From a virus (taxonomy: Duplodnaviria; Heunggongvirae; Uroviricota; Caudoviricetes): a stretch of 53,582 nucleotides of DNA. The DNA lies in the IMG/VR virus record IMGVR_UViG_2923318301_000003; one strand, given 5' to 3'. The notes below the pieces were generated by a model. The model was not told where the DNA came from, ran no database searches, and saw only the letters and a list, made by a program, of their open reading frames with translations. Below are positions 47,692-53,582 of the stretch, one piece after another (the first letter of the stretch is position 1; every line of letters starts with the position of its first letter). A program made the position numbers and the translations under genes.

Positions 47692-48159
47692 TTCTTTTCC
47701 TTTTGCATTGTTGGGGATAACCAGATTAACCGAATCCTTGTTGTTGGGGAATAACTAGGTCCACCTCGCCTGATGTGGCTAAAAGCAGGCACATAACAGC
47801 TAAGTATTTTCAACCAGAGAGAATCCTTAGCGTTGTGGTGAATGCGGCTCAGCGCACGCGGGTTAAGGTTGAGGCTGACAGTCGACCTTCTGTGGATACC
47901 CACCCGCCTGGTGTGCAACCTTCGCCAGGCACCGGGAGGCACCCGGCACCACAACTTTATGCTGTGTGTAGTCTTGGCGGTACCAGCTTGTACCCTTGCT
48001 TCCGGCTGGTACCGTCCTTTTTACAAAACAGAGAAGAGCATCACCGGACGACGGGCTCATAACCCAATCCATCCGGGCGGCAGTCACCGCAGGTGTTCTT
48101 CTCTGTTTTGTGGAGAAACTAACCGACCTTGCAGGGTCGATATGATGAGGAGCAGCAAA

Positions 48160-48522
48160 ATGGCTAGCGAACGCAGTACTGATGTGCAGGCATTTATCGG
48201 GGAGCTGGACGGCGGCGTATTTGAAACCAAAATCGGCGCAGTTCTCAGTGAAGTCGCTTCCGGTGTGATGAACACGAAAACCAAAGGTAAGGTCTCGCTC
48301 AACCTGGAAATCGAACCGTTTGATGAGAACCGAGTGAAAATCAAACACAAACTCTCATATGTTCGCCCGACTAACCGCGGGAAAATTTCCGAAGAAGACA
48401 CCACCGAAACGCCGATGTATGTCAATCGCGGTGGTCGCCTGACTATTCTGCAGGAAGACCAGGGACAGTTACTGACTCTTGCCGGTGAACCTGACGGAAA
48501 ACTCCGCGCAGCAGGTCGTTAA
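48160..48522 (+). CDS. YfdP-like prophage protein
   Basis: 120-aa ORF with a GAGGAG RBS; first of a block whose sizes and order (120, 274, ~178, 120, 101 aa) match the CPS-53 yfdPQRST block from memory. Confidence 0.6.
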   Translation: MASERSTDVQAFIGELDGGVFETKIGAVLSEVASGVMNTKTKGKVSLNLEIEPFDENRVKIKHKLSYVRPTNRGKISEEDTTETPMYVNRGGRLTILQEDQGQLLTLAGEPDGKLRAAGR

Positions 48523-48587
48523 TATCGTTTTTAATTAACTGATTATTTATCTCATCACTGAATATCTTTATATAGTGAGGACTTATT

Positions 48588-49412
48588 ATGTCTCAGAACT
48601 TAGACGCAACCGCAATTAATCAAATCCATGCCCTTATTTCTGCTCAGGGTGTTAATGAAATTATCAGTAAGATTGGTGCCGATGCTGTGGCATTGCCTGA
48701 GAATTTCCGCATTCATGATCTGGAAAAATTTAATTTAAATCGCTTCCGTTTCCGTGGTGCGCTTTCCACTGCCAGCATCGATGACTTTACCCGTTATTCT
48801 AAAGATCTTGCAGATGAAGGCACCCGCTGCTTTATCGATGCTGATAATATGCGTGCCGTCAGTGTGCTTAACCTGGGTACTATTGATGAACCAGGTCACG
48901 CAGATAACACCGCCACACTCAAACTGAAAAAGACAGCACCGTTCTCTGCTCTGTTGTCTGTTAACGGCGAGCGTAACTCCCAGAAGTCACTGGCAGAATG
49001 GATTGAAGACTGGGCCGACTATCTTGTGGGCTTTGATGCTAATGGTGACGCTATTCAGGCAACAAAAGCGGCTGCGGCTGTCCGTAAAATCACGATTGAA
49101 GCAAACCAGACCGCTGATTTTGAAGATAATGACTTCAGCGGCAAACGCTCCCTGATGGAGTCTGTCGAAGCGAAGACCAAAGACATTATGCCAGTGGCAT
49201 TTGAATTTAAATGCGTTCCGTTTGAAGGTCTGAAAGAACGTCCGTTTAAATTACGCCTCAGTATTATCACTGGCGATCGTCCTGTACTGGTTCTGCGCAT
49301 TATTCAGCTGGAGGCGGTGCAGGAAGAAATGGCTAACGAATTTCGTGATCTGCTTGTTGAGAAATTCAAGGACAGCAAAGTAGAAACCTTTATTGGTACT
49401 TTCACCGCCTGA
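48588..49412 (+). CDS. YfdQ-like prophage protein
   Basis: 274-aa ORF; size and position match YfdQ from memory. Confidence 0.6.
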   Translation: MSQNLDATAINQIHALISAQGVNEIISKIGADAVALPENFRIHDLEKFNLNRFRFRGALSTASIDDFTRYSKDLADEGTRCFIDADNMRAVSVLNLGTIDEPGHADNTATLKLKKTAPFSALLSVNGERNSQKSLAEWIEDWADYLVGFDANGDAIQATKAAAAVRKITIEANQTADFEDNDFSGKRSLMESVEAKTKDIMPVAFEFKCVPFEGLKERPFKLRLSIITGDRPVLVLRIIQLEAVQEEMANEFRDLLVEKFKDSKVETFIGTFTA

Positions 49413-49539
49413 TTTCATTACTGCAAATGCCCCTGCGGGGGCATTTATGGAAACGTAATTTACTCAATAATCGCCGGATGGTGAGGGATTCTTTTTACCA
49501 GAATTCAGCGCGGTGCAGCGCATATACGTGGAGAACAAA

Positions 49540-50076
49540 ATGTCATTTATTAAAACTTTTTCCGGGAAGCATTTTTATTATGACAGGATAAATAAAGACG
49601 ACATCGATATTAACGATATCGCGGTTTCCCTTTCAAATATCTGTCGCTTTGCCGGTCATCTTTCGCACTTCTACAGCGTCGCCCAACATGCGGTTCTTTG
49701 CAGCCAGCTGGTGCCGCAGGAATTTGCTTTTGAAGCGTTAATGCATGATGCAACAGAAGCGTATTGCCAGGACATTCCCGCACCACTGAAACGCCTTCTT
49801 CCTGACTATAAACAAATGGAAGAAAAAATAGACGCCGTAATCCGTGAGAAATACGGGTTACCCCCAGTTATGAGTACGCCCGTGAAATATGCCGATCTCA
49901 TCATGCTGGCAACCGAACGCCGCGATCTCGGGCTTGATGATGGCTCTTTCTGGCCTGTACTGGAAGGTATCCCGGCAACAGAGATGTTCAACGTGATTCC
50001 ACTGGCTCCGGGCCATGCCTACGGGATGTTTATGGAACGCTTTAACGAGTTATCGGAGTTACGCAAATGCGCATGA
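49540..50076 (+). CDS. HD-domain phosphohydrolase (YfdR-like 5'-deoxynucleotidase)
   Basis: Starts MSFIKTFSGKHFYYD; HD-type metal-binding residues (H...HD...) present. Confidence 0.7.
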   Translation: MSFIKTFSGKHFYYDRINKDDIDINDIAVSLSNICRFAGHLSHFYSVAQHAVLCSQLVPQEFAFEALMHDATEAYCQDIPAPLKRLLPDYKQMEEKIDAVIREKYGLPPVMSTPVKYADLIMLATERRDLGLDDGSFWPVLEGIPATEMFNVIPLAPGHAYGMFMERFNELSELRKCA

Positions 50077-50429
50077 ATGTTTTCGAAATGGAAGGGTTTC
50101 TTCGTGGGAGATGTGTACCGCGAGATCTGAAAGTAAATGAAACAGATGCTGAATACCTAGTGCGTAAATTCGATGCGCTTGAAGCTAAATGTGCAGCACA
50201 GGAAAACAAAGTAATACCAGTGTCAACTGAACTGCCACCAGCAAATGAAAGTGTTTTGTTATTCGATGCTAACGGAGAAGGCTGGCTAATTGGCTGGCGT
50301 TCTCTCTGGTACACCTGGGGACAAAAAGAAACCGGAGAATGGCAGTGGACATTTCAGGTCGGGGACCTTGAAAACGTCAATATCACTCACTGGGCAGTAA
50401 TGCCAAAAGCACCGGAGGCTGGAGCATAA
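50067..50429 (+). CDS. YfdS-like prophage protein
   Basis: 120-aa ORF overlapping the upstream stop. Confidence 0.55.
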   Translation: MRMNVFEMEGFLRGRCVPRDLKVNETDAEYLVRKFDALEAKCAAQENKVIPVSTELPPANESVLLFDANGEGWLIGWRSLWYTWGQKETGEWQWTFQVGDLENVNITHWAVMPKAPEAGA

Positions 50430-50734
50430 TGACCACTTTTACCGACAAAGAACTGATTAAAGAAATTAAAGAGCGTATCAGCAGCCTTGACGTGCGAGAC
50501 GATATTGAGCGCCGTGCTTATGAAATCGCACTCCTATCTCTGGAAGTAGAACCAGATGAACGCGAAGCTTATGAATTATTCATGGAAAAGCGTTTCGGTG
50601 ACTTAGTAGATCGTCGGAGAGCAAAAAACGGCAATAACGAATACATGGCATGGGATATGACTCTCGGTTGGATCGTCTGGCAGCAACGAGCTGGTATCCA
50701 TTTTTCAACAATGTCACAGCAAGAGGTGAAATAA
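50429..50734 (+). CDS. YfdT-like prophage protein
   Basis: 101-aa ORF translationally coupled to the upstream gene. Confidence 0.55.
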   Translation: MTTFTDKELIKEIKERISSLDVRDDIERRAYEIALLSLEVEPDEREAYELFMEKRFGDLVDRRRAKNGNNEYMAWDMTLGWIVWQQRAGIHFSTMSQQEVK

Positions 50735-51084
50735 TGGAGCCATACAGCCTCACACTCGATGAGGCCTGTCATTTTCTCAAGATATCCAGACCGACTGCCA
50801 TTAACTGGATACGCACAGGGCGTCTTCAGGCAACACGCAAAGATCCCACTAAGAATAAATCTCCTTACCTCACAACACGACAAGCCTGCATTGCGGCTCT
50901 TCAGTCTCCGCTGCATACTGTCCAGGTGAGCGCGGGTGATGGCATAACAGAGGAAAGAAAATGTCACTCTTCCGCAGAGGTGAAATATGGTACGCCAGTT
51001 TCACATTGCCGAACGGTAAAAGATTTAAACAGTCTCTTGGAACAAAGGACAAAAGGCAGGCGACAGAACTCCATGACAAGCTAA
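50734..51084 (+). CDS. Excisionase-like HTH protein (3' boundary uncertain; overlaps the integrase start)
   Basis: The N-terminus [30 protein letters not shown] is a typical excisionase/AlpA-type HTH; the open frame runs ~120 nt into the integrase gene. Confidence 0.55.
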   Translation: MEPYSLTLDEACHFLKISRPTAINWIRTGRLQATRKDPTKNKSPYLTTRQACIAALQSPLHTVQVSAGDGITEERKCHSSAEVKYGTPVSHCRTVKDLNSLLEQRTKGRRQNSMTS

Positions 51085-52124
51085 AGGCTGAAGCATGGCG
51101 GGTCAGCAAACTTGGTGAAATACCTGATATAACGTTCGAGGAAGCGTGTGTCAGGTGGCTTGAAGAGAAAGCACATAAAAAATCACTGGACGATGACAAA
51201 AGCCGGATCGGATTCTGGCTTCAACATTTCGCAGGAATGCAACTAAGAGACATTACTGAATCAAAAATTTATTCAGCAATGCAGAAAATGACGAACCGGC
51301 GTCATGAGGAAAACTGGAAACTCAGGGCAGAAGCATGCAGAAAAAAAGGGAAACCTGTTCCAGAATACACGCCAAAACCAGCGTCCGTTGCAACGAAGGC
51401 TACGCATCTTTCATTTATAAAGGCCCTACTAAGAGCCGCAGAGCGTGAATGGAAAATGCTGGATAAGGCACCAATTATTAAAGTGCCCCAACCAAAGAAT
51501 AAACGGATCCGCTGGCTGGAGCCCCATGAAGCACAAAGGCTGATTGATGAATGTCCGGAGCCATTAAAGTCTGTTGTTGAATTTGCACTGGCAACAGGCC
51601 TAAGACGCTCGAACATCATCAACCTTGAATGGCAACAAATAGATATGCAGCGCCGGGTGGCATGGATAAACCCGGAAGAGAGTAAATCAAACCGCGCAAT
51701 TGGCGTTGCGCTGAATGATACTGCATGTCGCGTATTGAAAAAACAAATCGGGAATCATCACCGTTGGGTATTTGTGTACAAGGAAAGCTGTACCAAACCA
51801 GACGGAACGAAAGCGCCAACAGTCAGGAAGATGCGGTATGACGCAAACACAGCCTGGAAAGCAGCGCTGAGACGGGCTGGTATTGATGATTTCAGATTTC
51901 ACGACTTGAGACACACCTGGGCAAGTTGGCTGGTTCAAGCCGGAGTCCCGTTGTCAGTGTTACAGGAAATGGGAGGCTGGGAGTCTATCGAAATGGTTCG
52001 TCGATATGCTCACCTTGCACCTAATCACCTTACCGAACACGCACGGCAAATAGACTCGATCCTGAACCCATCGGTCCCAAATTTGTCCCAGTCAAAAAAT
52101 AAGGAAGGTACTAATGATGTGTAA
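50961..52124 (+). CDS. Prophage tyrosine integrase
   Basis: 387-aa ORF; C-terminal [39 protein letters not shown] catalytic region; ends 13 nt from the att core and tRNA. Confidence 0.9.
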   Translation: MSLFRRGEIWYASFTLPNGKRFKQSLGTKDKRQATELHDKLKAEAWRVSKLGEIPDITFEEACVRWLEEKAHKKSLDDDKSRIGFWLQHFAGMQLRDITESKIYSAMQKMTNRRHEENWKLRAEACRKKGKPVPEYTPKPASVATKATHLSFIKALLRAAEREWKMLDKAPIIKVPQPKNKRIRWLEPHEAQRLIDECPEPLKSVVEFALATGLRRSNIINLEWQQIDMQRRVAWINPEESKSNRAIGVALNDTACRVLKKQIGNHHRWVFVYKESCTKPDGTKAPTVRKMRYDANTAWKAALRRAGIDDFRFHDLRHTWASWLVQAGVPLSVLQEMGGWESIEMVRRYAHLAPNHLTEHARQIDSILNPSVPNLSQSKNKEGTNDV

Positions 52125-52136
52125 CTTATTGATTTT

Positions 52137-52184
52137 AATGGTGCCGATAATAGGAGTCGAACCTACGACCTTCGCATTACGAAT
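52137..52184. repeat. att core within the intact tRNA-Thr (proximal copy of the 48-bp repeat)
   Basis: Identical to 1371..1418. Confidence 0.85.
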
Positions 52185-52214
52185 GCGCTGCTCTACCAAC
52201 TGAGCTATATCGGC
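52139..52214 (-). tRNA. thrW: tRNA-Thr (anticodon CGU)
   Basis: 76-nt cloverleaf on the - strand: GCCGATATAGCTCAGTTGGTAGAGCAGCGCATTCGTAATGCGAAGGTCGTAGGTTCGACTCCTATTATCGGCACCA; adjacent to proA as in E. coli. Confidence 0.9.
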
Positions 52215-52328
52215 CCTGAAAGGACATGTTCACGAACGTGAATCACGGTGGGCAAGGTTAAAACTAACCGGGCGATGCGTCAATGGCCTTGTGAATCAAA
52301 TGGCTACTTTTGCATCACCCGGTTTTAT

Positions 52329-53582
52329 TTACGCACGAATGGTGTAATCACCAATGCCGATCCACTTGTAAGTGGTCAGTGCTTCCAGCCCCATTGGGCC
52401 ACGCGCGTGGAGTTTTTGTGTGCTTACCGCCACTTCCGCACCCAGACCAAACTGGCCGCCGTCGGTAAAACGCGTAGAGGCGTTAACGTAAACAGCGGAC
52501 GAATCCACTTCGTTAACAAAACGCTGGGCGTTGCGCATATCGCGGGTCAGGATCGCATCGGAGTGTTGTGTGCCGTGTTCACGAATATGGGCGATGGCAT
52601 CGTCAAGATCGCTGACGATTTTGACGTTCAAATCTAATGACAGAAACTCATCGTCATACTCTTCGGCTTTAACAGCAACCACCTTCGCAGGGCCTGCCTG
52701 CAACTGCGCCAGTGCAGCTGCATCTGCGTGTAATGTCACGCCGCTTTCCGCCATTTGTTTGCTTAATGCGGGCAGGAAGCTATCGGCGATGTTTTTATTC
52801 ACCAGCAACGTTTCAACCGTATTACATGTGCTCGGACGCTGAGTTTTCGCGTTGACGATCACTTTTAATGCTTCAGCGATCTCTACACTTTCATCAACGT
52901 AAATATGGCATACGCCTATACCACCTGTGATCACCGGGATTGTCGACTGTTCACGGCACAGTTTATGCAAACCAGCGCCACCACGCGGGATCAGCATGTC
53001 GATGTATTTATCCATACGCAGCATTTCACTGACCAGCGCACGGTCAGGATTATCAATCGCCTGCACGGCACCCGCCGGTAAGCCGCAGGATTTCAGGGCG
53101 TCCTGAATCACCGCCACCGTTGCAGCGTTAGTGCGACACGTTTCTTTGCCACCGCGCAGGATCACCGCATTACCGGTTTTCAGGCACAGCGAAGCGACAT
53201 CAACCGTCACGTTCGGGCGCGCTTCATAAATCACGCCAATAACCCCCAGCGGTACGCGACGACGCTCAAGACGCAGGCCGCTGTCCAGTACGCCGCCATC
53301 GATTACCTGCCCCACCGGATCGGCGAGGTTGCACACCTGACGTACATCGTCGGCAATGCCTTTCAGCCGTGCGGGCGTCAGTGCCAGACGGTCAAGCATC
53401 GCTTCGCTAAGGCCATTGGCTCGCGCGTCAGCAACATCCTGGGCGTTAGCGTTGAGGATGATTTCGCTTTGTGCTTCCAGTTCATCGGCGATTTTTTCCA
53501 GCACGCGATTTTTTTCGCGGCTGGAGAGTTGCGCTAATTTATACGAGGCTTGCTTCGCGGCAATGCCCATTTGTTCCAGCAT
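52329..53582 (-). CDS. proA: Gamma-glutamyl phosphate reductase
   Basis: 417-aa ORF starting [13 protein letters not shown], recognised as E. coli ProA; the start codon is at the window edge. Confidence 0.95.

Noticed and set aside
47842-48159. N-terminal 100 aa of the 226-aa ORF-track frame
   Set aside because: Arg/Cys-rich translation of the structured GC-rich region; the real gene starts at the ATG at 48160, which has a GAGGAG RBS.
47700-48159. Retron msr/msd interpretation of the inverted repeats
   Set aside because: No reverse transcriptase gene nearby, and the 15-bp repeats are only ~60 nt apart, too close for a retron a1/a2 pair.

Overview
The window is an Enterobacterial (E. coli-type) proA-thrW locus carrying a ~50.7 kb mosaic lambdoid prophage (about 1419..52136), bounded by a 48-bp direct repeat of the tRNA-Thr 3' end (1371..1418 and 52137..52184). 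Reading right to left from thrW: tyrosine integrase and excisionase-like gene, a YfdP/Q/R/S/T-like early block, a CI-like repressor and Cro-like regulator with a three-site operator region, an O-like replication initiator with internal iterons, a nin-like region (LexA-DBD-only protein, RusA, KilA-N, DUF968), a Q-like antiterminator, then a lysis cassette, cos, and an essentially lambda-like head and tail module Nu1 through J, lom, and a chimeric side tail fibre. The prophage arm distal to the tail fibres (1419..10192) is cargo: an AT-rich ParA-like ATPase three-gene operon, an IS66-family element with intact 8-bp target duplications, a fused DUF262/DUF1524 (GmrSD-like) type IV restriction gene, and an integrase remnant. 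The main candidate for an undescribed system is an AT-rich, opposite-strand two-gene operon (39009..40470) between Q and the lysis genes, encoding a 308-aa soluble protein and a 182-aa four-helix membrane protein. The ParA-like operon is the second candidate. A P4-type integrase at 1..1209 belongs to a further thrW-associated island that continues left of the window. All homology calls are from reading the translations and recall of well-known proteins; no database search was run.
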